This document shows, piece after piece, positions 1 through 10,288 of a DNA stretch of 64,000 bases (its first letter is position 1; each line of letters begins with the position of its first letter). Made by a program: the position numbers and the translations under genes. Origin of the DNA: Cytophagales bacterium. Lineage in GTDB: Bacteria > Bacteroidota > Bacteroidia > Cytophagales > JAHDFW01. The stretch spans positions 13,079-77,078 of the forward strand of contig CBDICC010000026.1 of assembly GCA_965277185.1 (NCBI GenBank), written 5' to 3'. The notes beneath the pieces are model-generated. The model searched no databases and was not told the DNA's origin. It worked only from the letters and a program-made list of their open reading frames with translations.

Positions 1-1147
1 TAATTTGGTTAGCCGCTATTTTCTCTCTATAACGTAATGTCACTATAATCGCTATAATTATTAATAGCAATACCGCAACCATTAGAGCAATTCCAATACC
101 ATTTTTCACACCCAATTCTGATTTTTGACCTAATATCTCCAGGTTTTGTTCCGCGATCTTTCGTTCATTTTGTTCCGTTCTATATTTGATTTCCAATTCG
201 GAAATATGGGCTTCAACTTCTTGACCAAAAAGAGAATCATCTAATTCGTAATAACGCTCTAACCAATTATAAGCGGCTTTATGGTCGTTTCTTTCTAAAA
301 ATAAATCAGATAAATATGCATAACATATCCGAACGTTAATTAGAGACTTAGATTGCCTAAATCTCCTTAATGCTTCAAGGAAGTGGTTCTCAGCTTCCTT
401 AAATAACTTGTGTCCTTGAGCAACCTCACCCAATCCTAGTAAACATTTCCCAACACCAACGTTGTTATTAATTTTGGCATAAATCTCATATGCTAATTGA
501 TAGTGCACACTGGAACTATCGAACTTATTCAATGTGTCAAGTTTAAAATAGCAACTTGCAATGTTGAAATGTGTAGCAGCCAGATTATTACTATCACTCA
601 TTTCGATGTAAACTTTTTCACTTTTCTGATAGCATTCAATAGCACGCAAATACTTGAGTTTTTGTGCATTTAATGAGCCTATATTCGTTAAAACCAATGC
701 TTGGTTATTTAAATCCTTAAGTCTTTGATAAAGAATATAAGACTGGTTGAAGTATTCCTCCGCATTTTCAAAATCTCCTTTTCTAAAGTAGACAGCTCCA
801 ATTCTATTATAATCCGAGGCAAGACCTCTTTCATTCTTATGGTTGAAATCTATCTGGATTGCTTTATGTAATATACCTATCGCCGTTGGAAACTTATTGA
901 TCGAGACATGATATTCTGCTTGATATCTCATCGCTTTAGAAATTAGCGATGAATCTTGTGAATTGGCAGCAAGACCGTATGCTAACTCGCAATATTTATA
1001 TGTACTATCCGGAGAATTTGATAAAAAAAGATGGGTTTGCTGAAGATAATAATTAAAACCATTTGTATCCAATGAGCCCTTCGATGTGAAGACAAAAAGT
1101 GTCATAGCGAAGCAAAAAAGACCTATTCGATGCATTGTACTTTTCAT
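1..1147 (-). CDS. TPR-repeat membrane sensor protein, probably the N-terminal part of a sensor kinase or regulator (runs off the left edge)
   Basis: Manual translation from ATG at 1147: MKSTMHRIGLFCFAMTLF (signal-like), TPR-like repeats (LASDYNRIGAVYFRKGDFENAEEYF; LVLTNIGSLN; LAATHFNIASCY), ISELEIKYRTEQNERKI, then a TM helix (IGIALMVAVLLLIIIAIIV). Open to the window edge, so absent from the ORF track. The output domain is not visible. Confidence 0.8.
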   Translation of the reverse strand, partial: MKSTMHRIGLFCFAMTLFVFTSKGSLDTNGFNYYLQQTHLFLSNSPDSTYKYCELAYGLAANSQDSSLISKAMRYQAEYHVSINKFPTAIGILHKAIQIDFNHKNERGLASDYNRIGAVYFRKGDFENAEEYFNQSYILYQRLKDLNNQALVLTNIGSLNAQKLKYLRAIECYQKSEKVYIEMSDSNNLAATHFNIASCYFKLDTLNKFDSSSVHYQLAYEIYAKINNNVGVGKCLLGLGEVAQGHKLFKEAENHFLEALRRFRQSKSLINVRICYAYLSDLFLERNDHKAAYNWLERYYELDDSLFGQEVEAHISELEIKYRTEQNERKIAEQNLEILGQKSELGVKNGIGIALMVAVLLLIIIAIIVTLRYREKIAANQI

Positions 1148-1198
1148 AGATACTCTAAATATACCACAAATTATCCTCAAGTGCTGAAAAAAAATACC

Positions 1199-1206
1199 TA
1201 ACTTTG
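1199..1206 (+). promoter_or_regulatory. Bacteroidota sigma70 -7 element (TAACTTTG)
   Basis: Exact TAnnTTTG match 35 nt upstream of the ATG at 1242. Confidence 0.6.
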
Positions 1207-1241
1207 CACTAGATTGTTTATCAAAGGTTTAAGATTGAATT

Positions 1242-1514
1242 ATGAAGAAAATATTAGTTTTAATAACAGGTTTGCTTTTAATCTTTCAAGTTAATGCTGG
1301 TCCTGGTGGGAACGGAATTAATCCAAAAAAAGGAACCATAATTGATGTAGAAGTTGGTACCGGTAAAATGAAAATTAAAGATAATACCACCGGTGAAGTT
1401 GTAAGTGCAAGGCATAAGCCAACATTTGTTGTTGGAGATGGAGTAACTTACATTCTAATTACAAGAAAAAGACCACCAGAACTTTTAGTTGTGATTCTTC
1501 CTGGAAAAGATTAA
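1242..1514 (+). CDS. small secreted hypothetical protein (90 aa, beta-rich, possibly OB-fold-like)
   Basis: Signal peptide MKKILVLITGLLLIFQVNA; A-rich upstream region and its own -7 element. Confidence 0.75.
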   Translation: MKKILVLITGLLLIFQVNAGPGGNGINPKKGTIIDVEVGTGKMKIKDNTTGEVVSARHKPTFVVGDGVTYILITRKRPPELLVVILPGKD

Positions 1515-1591
1515 ATTTTCAATAAGTTAAAGGTAGTACCAATTTAACAATTCAATTCGGATATAAAGTTGGCTGATTTCTAATTCATTTT

Positions 1592-2341
1592 TTATAAAAA
1601 CGAATTTAGAAACCACTGTGAAACATCTTCTAATTCCGTTTTACTGATCTGATGTTTTATTGGATACTCTTTGTACTCAGTAGGTATTCCAGCATATTCT
1701 AATATTGCTTTACATTTCCTACCGTCTGAAATAGGTAAGACATTGTCATTTGTACCATGTCCATAGAATGCCTTTAATCGCTTATAATCATCTTTTAATG
1801 CTGGGTTTGCTTGCATTCCTTTTTCCAAAGGCATTCCGGAAAAACATATAATACCATCCAAAATTTCAGGATGAATCATCGCTAATTTTAGGGATAGAAT
1901 AGCTCCTTGACTAAATCCACCTAATACAATCTTACCTGTATATGTTTTACGAATCGATTTGATGAATAAAACAATCTGATCTACACTTTCTAATCCTTGT
2001 TGGATATCTCTAGTTCGGGAACCGTCTCTATTAAATTTGATGTCATACCAAGTGTAACCACCATTTTTGTGTTCATTAGGAGCGCGTAAAGTGAAAAAAT
2101 TTGCCTCTGGAAAATTCGATTTCAACCCGGTTAAATCTTTTTCATTGCTTCGAAAACCGTGGATCAAAATAACATTTACACTTTCTTTACTTTTTATGGA
2201 TGAAAGGTAGTTTAAACCGGATTCCTCCTCTTTTTTTAATTCTAATGTTTCGGTTGTTTGCGATTGAACCGGTTCAGAGATACTAATTAAAAGCAGTAAT
2301 ACGAACAGTGTGGATAGAAAGTGAAAACTCTTATCGTACAT
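1592..2341 (-). CDS. alpha/beta hydrolase, phospholipase/carboxylesterase family
   Basis: IHGFRS, GGFSQGA nucleophile elbow, HGTNDNVLP, terminal HQI. Start moved to ATG 2341 (MYDKSF) to remove the overlap with the upstream gene. Confidence 0.85.
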   Translation of the reverse strand: MYDKSFHFLSTLFVLLLLISISEPVQSQTTETLELKKEEESGLNYLSSIKSKESVNVILIHGFRSNEKDLTGLKSNFPEANFFTLRAPNEHKNGGYTWYDIKFNRDGSRTRDIQQGLESVDQIVLFIKSIRKTYTGKIVLGGFSQGAILSLKLAMIHPEILDGIICFSGMPLEKGMQANPALKDDYKRLKAFYGHGTNDNVLPISDGRKCKAILEYAGIPTEYKEYPIKHQISKTELEDVSQWFLNSFL

Positions 2342-2348
2342 TTTAGTC

Positions 2349-3302
2349 TTAATTATTTCCAAATACATCATCATAAATTGTTTGTATCCATTTTCGTGCC
2401 TCTTTTGCATTCATGTATTTATGCAATACAATTGTTCGGTCAACAAATGAAGTTACTTTTCTATATTCATTGCGTCTACCTTTATGATCGACGTACGCAA
2501 AATCAGGTTCGTTCTCTTGCAAATGTTGGATTACAGCCTTTTCATCATATTCTGATATGTAATCTACAACATGGGAACCAATGTCTTTATATTTTTCGAT
2601 GTATACCGGAGGCATGGAGTAGACACTTTTTTTCACATAAGGTTTTAAATAATCCCAAGCAATTTTCCTCAAACCAGGACTACTTAATATGGTCGAGTAT
2701 ACATTCTTCCGCAACCAACCCTCCACTTCAGGTTCACCAAAACTATATATACTTCTCGCGACCAATAGTCCTTCCCCAGAGAACGTCTTACCGTATTGAG
2801 AAGGATAATCCGCATATACCAAACCAATTTTTCGGATCGATTCTAATCCAAATAAAAACAGGTTTTCCATTTTCCAACCTGAATATTTGAAATTGGAATA
2901 GGTTTCAAAAAAGTATCCCACATCTTTGGTTTTCAATCCTGACAAGTCCAAATCTAAGTCAGCTGGTACCTGATCTAATTTGAATTTCTTGTACTTAGGA
3001 ACCATTTTTTCTTCCAAATTGAAGGTAAGATGACCAAAGTGTGTTTTAGTTTCGACGTATGCAGCACCATTGAAAAAGTTGAAGGCTTTGGTGTACGTTG
3101 GTTTTACAAATACGCTATCTCCAAATTTATAGCCGTATTTTTCGACACCATCTACCTTAGATCTAAACGTATAAATCTTCGTATAATCACGCCTTGGATT
3201 TTGAGCATTAGTTGCCGGAGCAAGGAGAAGCAAGGTTGAAAAACCAACAATGAAAATGATTGAAAATCGAATTGGGTTTTTAGAAGAGATTTCGTTTTGC
3301 AT
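2349..3302 (-). CDS. secreted hypothetical protein with an N-terminal WG-like repeat
   Basis: Hydrophobic signal; KYGYKFGDSVFVKPTYTKAFNFFNGAAYV resembles a WG repeat. ATG 3302 chosen over GTG 3338. Confidence 0.6.
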   Translation of the reverse strand: MQNEISSKNPIRFSIIFIVGFSTLLLLAPATNAQNPRRDYTKIYTFRSKVDGVEKYGYKFGDSVFVKPTYTKAFNFFNGAAYVETKTHFGHLTFNLEEKMVPKYKKFKLDQVPADLDLDLSGLKTKDVGYFFETYSNFKYSGWKMENLFLFGLESIRKIGLVYADYPSQYGKTFSGEGLLVARSIYSFGEPEVEGWLRKNVYSTILSSPGLRKIAWDYLKPYVKKSVYSMPPVYIEKYKDIGSHVVDYISEYDEKAVIQHLQENEPDFAYVDHKGRRNEYRKVTSFVDRTIVLHKYMNAKEARKWIQTIYDDVFGNN

Positions 3303-3367
3303 ATTGAAACTTTTATTTGTTATATCTATTGTGTACAAAAGATAGGAAAATACGATTCACAATGTCT

Positions 3368-4042
3368 CTAATGTTCATCATGACCTCCTGAAAATGCCTT
3401 TACTCCAGCAAGAATCTCCACGTTTAATGAATTTTCTGAAGGTACAATAGGACAGGAGTATTTATGGTTGTAGGCACAATAAGGATTATAAGCCAAGTTA
3501 AAGTCCACAATAAGTGTGGAATCTGTAGGAATTTGAAGGTCCAGAAAGCGACCTCCACCATAACTTTCCTTGGCACAGCTTAAATCCTTAAAAGGAAGGA
3601 ACAAATGATCTTTGTATTTCTCCATTTCCCTTAATTTATGACTTTGATAAACCTGTAATGTACATGGCTTTGAATTTATTGTAAAGATTAAGGTTCCATA
3701 CCGCTCATACACTGGTTTTCGATCAGTAGTAGTTTTCATCTCAAACGGTTTTTCATTTTCAGCTTTAATAAATCGAGCCTTAACGCAATAATTAGAGTCA
3801 ATAGGATAGAAATCTAACTTCTTAAACTTTCTACGGTCAGGCTTAGTTAAGGGTGTTTCCTCCTTATCTTTAAATTCCTTATTTAATTGCTTCTGATGTG
3901 CTTTAATTTCATCTTGATACGAAGGCTCGACTTTATCGTTTTCATGCTGTCCATAAACGGATAATGTAGCAATGAGCATCATGATTAGAATAGAATAGAT
4001 ACGCACAGTGTAAGTTTTAAATAAATGTATAATGAAACTCAT
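3368..4042 (-). CDS. DUF1684 family protein
   Basis: LFLPFKD...ESYGGGRFLD, VDFNLAYNPYCAYNHKYSCP..P.EN.L. Confidence 0.9.
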   Translation of the reverse strand: MSFIIHLFKTYTVRIYSILIMMLIATLSVYGQHENDKVEPSYQDEIKAHQKQLNKEFKDKEETPLTKPDRRKFKKLDFYPIDSNYCVKARFIKAENEKPFEMKTTTDRKPVYERYGTLIFTINSKPCTLQVYQSHKLREMEKYKDHLFLPFKDLSCAKESYGGGRFLDLQIPTDSTLIVDFNLAYNPYCAYNHKYSCPIVPSENSLNVEILAGVKAFSGGHDEH

Positions 4043-4171
4043 ATAATGATTTACAAATAATGACTCGATTCGAAATAAGGAGAAAATAGTGCCAATTATT
4101 TCAATAGATAAGATTAAAGAACGAAACAGAGGAATAATGTTGATTGAATGGAATTGAAATATAGAATCTAC

Positions 4172-4726
4172 TTAATTTAATCCTGGGTCAATCGGGAAAT
4201 TTGCAAAGCGCGCATATTCTCCACCCATTTCAATTAAGATTTCTTTCCAAAGTTGTTCATGCTCAATTCGAAACAAGTTTTTTGAGTATCCGTTGAAAAC
4301 CGCCCAGGATTTTCTGTCGATTTCCTCCTGAAGTTGTCCTTCTGACCATCCGGAATAACCCAAGTAAAACCTAATATTGGTCGTCTCGACTTCATTATTT
4401 TCTACTCTTGCCTTCAGATTCTCAAAATCTCCTCCCCAATAGATGTGGTCTCTTACTTGTACTGAATTTTCCAGGGTATCGTAGCCATGAATAAAGTGGA
4501 TCGTATTGTTTTGTACTGGACCACCTTGAAACACCTTATCATCGTACAAATCATCTTCAAAGAGTTCGAAATCAGAAAGGTTAAAGCTCGATTTTTGGTT
4601 TAAAATCAAGCCAAAAGATCCATCATCATTATGCTCACATATTAAAATTACACTTCGCTCAAAGTTCGGATCTCCCAAAAAAGGCATCGAAACGAGCAAA
4701 CTTCCACTTTCTATTTTATCCATCAT
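4172..4726 (-). CDS. YqgE/AlgH family protein
   Basis: DPNFERSVILICEH, GLILN, GGPV, YLGYSGWSEGQLQEEI. Confidence 0.92.
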   Translation of the reverse strand: MMDKIESGSLLVSMPFLGDPNFERSVILICEHNDDGSFGLILNQKSSFNLSDFELFEDDLYDDKVFQGGPVQNNTIHFIHGYDTLENSVQVRDHIYWGGDFENLKARVENNEVETTNIRFYLGYSGWSEGQLQEEIDRKSWAVFNGYSKNLFRIEHEQLWKEILIEMGGEYARFANFPIDPGLN

Positions 4727-4791
4727 TCTTTAGGCAATATAGCCAATCTACAAAGTATTTAAAACAAATTAATCTGAATAATATTAAGTCT

Positions 4792-5376
4792 TTAATGCAA
4801 GGCAGGACGCAATTCGAGGTTATTTATTAATTCACCTTCCAGCTGATTTAACTCATCCAACCTTGTATACACCTCATTTTCAGGAAAATAATTCAAAACC
4901 AGATGTACAAAGAGCTCTCCATGTTTTGCTTCGGAAGCCCAAAGTCGGTGATAAAAGTTTTTTAATTCACCTGGCTCCAATGCGTGATAAACTAATTTAA
5001 AACGTTCAGCACCTCTATTTTCTACAACCGAACCTAATAATACGCGATCCATAAATCGTGCGTCTGGTGTATGCCGACAACCTTTCAGCAACTCAGCTAC
5101 ATAGGGATCTTTATCCATTTTATCTGGCATTCGAAGTCCACGCTGTTCAAGCAATTGATATACATCGCGAAAATGTTCCAATTCTTCAATTGCCGTTTCA
5201 ATTAACTGTGGTATTATCTTCGTTCTGTTTGGGTATTTTGCTATTAATCCCATCATCATTGCTGATGCTTTCCGTTCACAATCAGCATGATCAATCAAAA
5301 ATGCATTAAAGTCGTTCATGACCACATCAATCCAACCGGAAGGGCTAGGGCAGGTTAGAGGTAAACTAATTTTCAT
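4792..5376 (-). CDS. miaE: tRNA-(ms2io6A) hydroxylase MiaE family
   Basis: DHADCERKAS, EELEHF, DPYVAEL, DRVLLGSVVENRGAERF, SEAKH di-iron motifs. Confidence 0.88.
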   Translation of the reverse strand: MKISLPLTCPSPSGWIDVVMNDFNAFLIDHADCERKASAMMMGLIAKYPNRTKIIPQLIETAIEELEHFRDVYQLLEQRGLRMPDKMDKDPYVAELLKGCRHTPDARFMDRVLLGSVVENRGAERFKLVYHALEPGELKNFYHRLWASEAKHGELFVHLVLNYFPENEVYTRLDELNQLEGELINNLELRPALH

Positions 5377-5432
5377 ATCTTAATTGGACTTTGGTTTGTG
5401 ATAATTTTATAGAAAGGATAACAATCAAGGAT

Positions 5433-6404
5433 CTAATAATATTTATCCTGCATCAAATACTCCGCTACATATTCCTGAACTCCTTCTTCTAAAGAAGTAA
5501 AGGGGGTCGTATATCCTAAGTCAGTCAATCGCTTCATTTTCGCTTCTGTAAAATATTGATACGTATCCCGAATATCTTCCGGCGTGTCTATAAATCCAAT
5601 TTGAGGTTCCTTATTTAAGGCTTCAAACACAGCTTTCACCAAATCTAAAAAGGTTCTGGCTGTACCTGATCCCAAATTAAAAATACCGGATTCTTTGTTT
5701 TCTGCATTCTGAAATAAGAAATATAGCACGTTCACTACGTCTTTAACATAGACAAAATCCCGCATTTGCTCTCCATCTCTGAAATCTGAATTGTGTGATC
5801 GAAACAATTTCATTGCTTCTGTTTCCTTAATTTGCCTAAACGCATGTAAAATAACGGAGGCCATTCGTCCCTTATGGTATTCGTTTGGACCATACACATT
5901 AAAAAACTTCAATCCAGCGTAAAAAGGAGGGGTACGTTCTTGATTCAATAACCATTTATCAAATTCGTTTTTTGATTCCCCATAAGGATTCAACGGTTGT
6001 AATTGATTAATAAGCGTTGTATCATCATCATAACCAAATTCACCACTCCCATATGTTGCTGCAGAAGAAGCATAAACAAACGGAATATTGTTCTCCGTAC
6101 AGTACTGAAATAGCGTAATCGAATAGTTTAGGTTTAATTCATCAAAAATAGATTGATCAAACTCTGTTGTATCGGTTCTAGCTCCAAGATGGAACACAAA
6201 ATCAACTTTATTGGGGTTTTCATCCAAAAATGAAAACAACTCTGATCGATCAATTTTAGCCTTGAATTGCTTGTCTTTATAGTTAGCCATCTTTTTTTCG
6301 CTAGAAAAGTCGTCAACCAACCACAAATCCTGATGACCTTGTTGATTTAATTTTTCCACCAAACAACTTCCTATAAATCCAGCTGCACCCGTTACTACTA
6401 TCAT
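5433..6404 (-). CDS. hldD: ADP-L-glycero-D-manno-heptose 6-epimerase
   Basis: TGAAGFIGS, YASSAATYG, PLNPYGESK, FFNVYGPNEYHKGRMASV, YQYFTEA. Confidence 0.93.
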   Translation of the reverse strand: MIVVTGAAGFIGSCLVEKLNQQGHQDLWLVDDFSSEKKMANYKDKQFKAKIDRSELFSFLDENPNKVDFVFHLGARTDTTEFDQSIFDELNLNYSITLFQYCTENNIPFVYASSAATYGSGEFGYDDDTTLINQLQPLNPYGESKNEFDKWLLNQERTPPFYAGLKFFNVYGPNEYHKGRMASVILHAFRQIKETEAMKLFRSHNSDFRDGEQMRDFVYVKDVVNVLYFLFQNAENKESGIFNLGSGTARTFLDLVKAVFEALNKEPQIGFIDTPEDIRDTYQYFTEAKMKRLTDLGYTTPFTSLEEGVQEYVAEYLMQDKYY

Positions 6405-6413
6405 TGTTTTTAC

Positions 6414-6421
6414 TATTTTTG
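6414..6421 (+). promoter_or_regulatory. -7 element (TATTTTTG) for the BtuF-like gene
   Basis: Exact TAnnTTTG match; supports a start at TTG 6440 rather than 6404. Confidence 0.55.
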
Positions 6422-6439
6422 CACGAAATTACAAATCTT

Positions 6440-7396
6440 TTGAATCGCTACAGAAAAATAACCTACATATTCAATGCTTTTGCTTGTTTATTCTTGTTTT
6501 GGAATTGCTCCGGAACAGAATCGATGGTGAAAGACCAAGTAAATGAAGCGGAGAATATTCAATTTATAGATGATCAGGGATCCACCGTTCAAGTTTCATC
6601 GCAACGCAATCGATTTATTGGCTTAGCACCAAGCGTTACAGAAATGTTGGCCACAATTTGTCCTGATTCACAAATCATTGGTCGGACTCAAAACTGTGAC
6701 TATCCATCTTCTATTTTATCAAAAAAAATAGTTAATAATTATCCGATCGATTTTGAAGCCTTACTTCAATTGAATCCGGACGTTATTTTTGCATTAGACG
6801 GCATCAACAGTGCACCTGACATTCTTCGCTTAAGAGAACTCGGACTTACCGTATATGTATTAAAAACCACTTCTATAGATAGTGTGATCTTCGCAATGAA
6901 TAAAATAGGGGCAGTATCCGGCAATGTTGAAAAATCGAAGGAAGAAGTCATGAAACTTCAATTGGCAATTGATGGTTTTAAAAATTCGAATCCAACAACG
7001 AAAGAAGACAGTCGTTCATTTCTTGCATTGGCATCGGTTTCCCCCATATATGTATTTGGCCAAAACACGTTATTCTCGGAGAAATTACGCTTAATAGGAC
7101 ATCAAAACGCAGTAAAGGAGGTTCTATCTTCTCCGTATCCCGAACTTAACAGTGAATATATTCTCACACTTAATCCAGATGTATTATTGGGAGGTTCCTT
7201 TGAAATGATGGACAGTACCTTTTTTACCATTTATCCAATGTTAAAGAATATTAACGCATATAAAACGAAACAAGTTTATAAAGTATCAGATGATCTAATG
7301 AGTCGACCTAATCCTAGGATTCCTGAATCACTTGCGGAATTGCAGCGCATTGCAAAAATGGCTACTAAAGAAAATATAAGCGAAGTGAAGCTATAA
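6440..7396 (+). CDS. ABC transporter substrate-binding lipoprotein (BtuF / iron-siderophore-cobalamin class)
   Basis: DDQGSTV, IGLAPSVTEML, DFEALLQLNPDVI, EYILTLNPDVLL, SRPNPRI; lipobox-like FWNC. Start moved to TTG 6440. Confidence 0.85.
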   Translation: MNRYRKITYIFNAFACLFLFWNCSGTESMVKDQVNEAENIQFIDDQGSTVQVSSQRNRFIGLAPSVTEMLATICPDSQIIGRTQNCDYPSSILSKKIVNNYPIDFEALLQLNPDVIFALDGINSAPDILRLRELGLTVYVLKTTSIDSVIFAMNKIGAVSGNVEKSKEEVMKLQLAIDGFKNSNPTTKEDSRSFLALASVSPIYVFGQNTLFSEKLRLIGHQNAVKEVLSSPYPELNSEYILTLNPDVLLGGSFEMMDSTFFTIYPMLKNINAYKTKQVYKVSDDLMSRPNPRIPESLAELQRIAKMATKENISEVKL

Positions 7397-7415
7397 AACA
7401 CTACTTTCATTTAAT

Positions 7416-8423
7416 ATGATCCGAAAACTCCTTTTCATACTTTTATTCTTCATCCTGTTTCTGACCATTTTCACGGCGGGAATAAGCATGGGGTCTATGA
7501 AATCGAATTGGAAAGATTTATTTGACACAATTTTCGCTTATAACTCGGAGAACCTAACGCATAGTGTCATTTTGAATTTACGAATGCCTCGTGTATTGCT
7601 GACGTTTATAATAGGAGGTATGCTTGCATTGAGTGGGTATTTAATGCAATTAACGATTAACAATCCATTGGCAGAGCCTTATATATTAGGTACTTCTTCT
7701 GCCGCTTCTTTAGGGGCAAACTTAGTCTTTGCGGGCTTTTTTCCTTTGGTTTTATTCGGAATCTATATGCCAGCGTTGCTTGCTTTTGTTTTTGCATTAA
7801 TTGCAACCTTACTCGTTGTCAATATAGCTCGAAGAAATGGATTTGTATCTGGATCAAAAATGTTGTTGGGAGGAGTGGCAATGAGTTCACTTTTGACGGC
7901 TATAACGGCCTTTATTGCATTTCAAGTTCAAGACGCCACTAAATTGCGTACGATCGTTTTTTGGGTAATGGGAAGCTTTGAACAAGCTAAATGGCAACAC
8001 ATCCCTTGGACATTCGCCCTTTTGATCTTTATGACTGTATTATTTGGGCTACTTTCACGTCATATTAATACGTTGTTATTGGGACGTGATCGAGCACAAG
8101 ATATTGGGTTAAATGTAAAACTCTTTAATCGCCTAACATTATTCAGTTCTGTTCTATTAGCATCCGTTGCCGTAACATTGGTTGGGGCAATTGGTTTTGT
8201 AGGACTGATGATTCCACATGTAATTCGAGCTATAAATGGAGTCACAAACAAATGGAATATAATCGCTTGCGTAGCCACTGGCGGATTGTTTATTATGGCT
8301 TGTGATGTGATAAGCAAATGGGTACATCCTCCAGTCGGTTTACCGATTGGGATCATTACTTCCTTTTTTGGTGTACCTTTCTTTGTATATTTGCTTTTGA
8401 AGAACAATTATTCCTTTGAATAA
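7416..8423 (+). CDS. FecCD/BtuC family ABC permease
   Basis: RMPRVLL, NPLAEPYILGTSS, GAIGFVGLMIPH, LPIGIITSFFGVPFF. Confidence 0.93.
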   Translation: MIRKLLFILLFFILFLTIFTAGISMGSMKSNWKDLFDTIFAYNSENLTHSVILNLRMPRVLLTFIIGGMLALSGYLMQLTINNPLAEPYILGTSSAASLGANLVFAGFFPLVLFGIYMPALLAFVFALIATLLVVNIARRNGFVSGSKMLLGGVAMSSLLTAITAFIAFQVQDATKLRTIVFWVMGSFEQAKWQHIPWTFALLIFMTVLFGLLSRHINTLLLGRDRAQDIGLNVKLFNRLTLFSSVLLASVAVTLVGAIGFVGLMIPHVIRAINGVTNKWNIIACVATGGLFIMACDVISKWVHPPVGLPIGIITSFFGVPFFVYLLLKNNYSFE

Positions 8424-8475
8424 TGATCGACCAATACTTAATTTTGATTTAACTAATTCATACCTACCCACACAA

Positions 8476-8901
8476 ATGATATACGTGATTCGAAAGGAGC
8501 ATTTTAATGCAGCACATAAATTGTACAATAAAAATTGGTCAGAGGAGAAAAACAAAGAGGTTTTTGGATTATGTGCAAACGAGAACTGGCATGGACACAA
8601 TTATGAATTAGAAGTATGCGTTAGGGGAGAAGTTGACCCTGAAACAGGATTTTTGATTGATTTGAAGCAATTAAGTAAGTTGATTAAGGAGCGGATTACA
8701 GACAAAGTAGATCATAAAAATCTAAATATTGATGTAGAATTCATGAAAGGAAAAATGACTACTGCTGAAGTAATTGCAACCGAATTTTGGAAGCAAATAT
8801 GTGATGAAATTCCTGTGATTTCAGATAATAGAGGGCAACTTCATCGGATTACTCTTTATGAAACTCCTCGAAATTTCGTAGAGTATTATGGCGAAAAATA
8901 A
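8476..8901 (+). CDS. queD: 6-carboxytetrahydropterin / 6-pyruvoyl-tetrahydropterin synthase
   Basis: FNAAH, CANENWHGHNYELEV, VDHKNLN, TTAE, LYETPRNFVEY. Start moved to ATG 8476. Confidence 0.9.
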   Translation: MIYVIRKEHFNAAHKLYNKNWSEEKNKEVFGLCANENWHGHNYELEVCVRGEVDPETGFLIDLKQLSKLIKERITDKVDHKNLNIDVEFMKGKMTTAEVIATEFWKQICDEIPVISDNRGQLHRITLYETPRNFVEYYGEK

Positions 8902-9029
8902 AAAGAGGAACTAGTTAAGATTAATTAGACTAAATGTGAATTATCCGTTTGTTTTTGATTCAATAAAAGGTTTATAACCGCAGTATTGAATTTAATGCAG
9001 CACTAATTAAATATCATTTTAAAGAATAA

Positions 9030-10160
9030 ATGAAGTATTACCTTATAGCAGGAGAGCGCTCCGGAGATTTACATGGAGCTAACTTAATTAAGGAGTTAAA
9101 AGAACTCGATCAATCGGCGCAATTTCGATTTATGGGTGGAGATATGATGCAGGAAGAAGGAGGCCATGACAACCTCGCTCAGCATTATTCATCAATTTCT
9201 TTTATGGGATTCGTAGAAGTCCTTTTGCATTTACGCGTGGTGATTAAAACCATGGCTAAAATCAAACGTGATATTCTGGAAAACAAACCAGATGCAATAA
9301 TTTTAATCGATTTTGCAGGTTTCAATATGCGGATCGCAAAGTTTTGCAAAGAAAATGGAATCCAAGTACATTATTATATATCTCCTAAAATATGGGCATG
9401 GAATACAAAAAGAGTAGAAAAGGTGAAAAAGTACGTAAATCATATGTACTGTATATTGCCTTTTGAAAAGTCTTTTTACCAAAAGTATAATTACAAAATA
9501 GACTTTGTTGGAAATCCAGTTTTTGATGCGATACGGGCATTTAAATTGAATGAAAATTTTATTCATGAAAATAATTTAGAATCCAAGCCAATCATTGCAG
9601 TGTTGCCGGGAAGTAGGAAAGGAGAAATTGAAAAAATGTTGATATACATGCTTAGCTTATTGCCATCATTTCCAGAATATCAATTTGTGGTTGCAGCAGT
9701 ATCTAACCTACCTAAAGAATTCTATGAGCATTTCGAAAATCGTGCAAATGTAAAAATTGTCTATAACCAGACTTATGACCTATTAAGTTTAGCGGAATTG
9801 GCTATGGTTACATCAGGAACAGCTACGTTGGAAACTGCCATTTTCAATGTTCCTCAAGTGGTTTGTTATAAAACGAGCATCATTTCCTATTGGATTGGTA
9901 GAATGGTAATCAAAGTAAAACACATATCATTGGTTAATTTGATTGCTGAAAAACAGATCGTTACAGAATTAATTCAAGATCAGTACAATCCAAAAAGATT
10001 GAGACATGAACTAAACTTATTGTTGGATGAAAGTACAAAAACAAAAGTATTGAAGGGGTATGAAGAGATGCAAAAAAACTTGTTTAGTGAATTAGAAGCT
10101 TCTAAAAATACCGCACATCTTATCTATCGTTATCTTACTGATGACTCTACAAAAAACTAG
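9030..10160 (+). CDS. lpxB: lipid-A-disaccharide synthase
   Basis: IAGERSGDLHG, ILIDFAGFN, YISPKIWAW, LPGSRKGEI, VTSGTATLE. Confidence 0.97.
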   Translation: MKYYLIAGERSGDLHGANLIKELKELDQSAQFRFMGGDMMQEEGGHDNLAQHYSSISFMGFVEVLLHLRVVIKTMAKIKRDILENKPDAIILIDFAGFNMRIAKFCKENGIQVHYYISPKIWAWNTKRVEKVKKYVNHMYCILPFEKSFYQKYNYKIDFVGNPVFDAIRAFKLNENFIHENNLESKPIIAVLPGSRKGEIEKMLIYMLSLLPSFPEYQFVVAAVSNLPKEFYEHFENRANVKIVYNQTYDLLSLAELAMVTSGTATLETAIFNVPQVVCYKTSIISYWIGRMVIKVKHISLVNLIAEKQIVTELIQDQYNPKRLRHELNLLLDESTKTKVLKGYEEMQKNLFSELEASKNTAHLIYRYLTDDSTKN

Positions 10161-10288
10161 AAGGAGTTGTAACAAACCAAACTAAGCACCGATCAACTCA
10201 CTGGTGAATTATACGATACGATTTTTCTGGTAATGAGGTCAAAAATAGTTGGTGGTTTTAATCTAAATGGAGTATTGAGAGCTGAACT

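Noticed and set aside
6361-6440. Cobalamin riboswitch before the BtuF-like gene
   Set aside because: The intergenic space is only about 35 bp and has no B12-box
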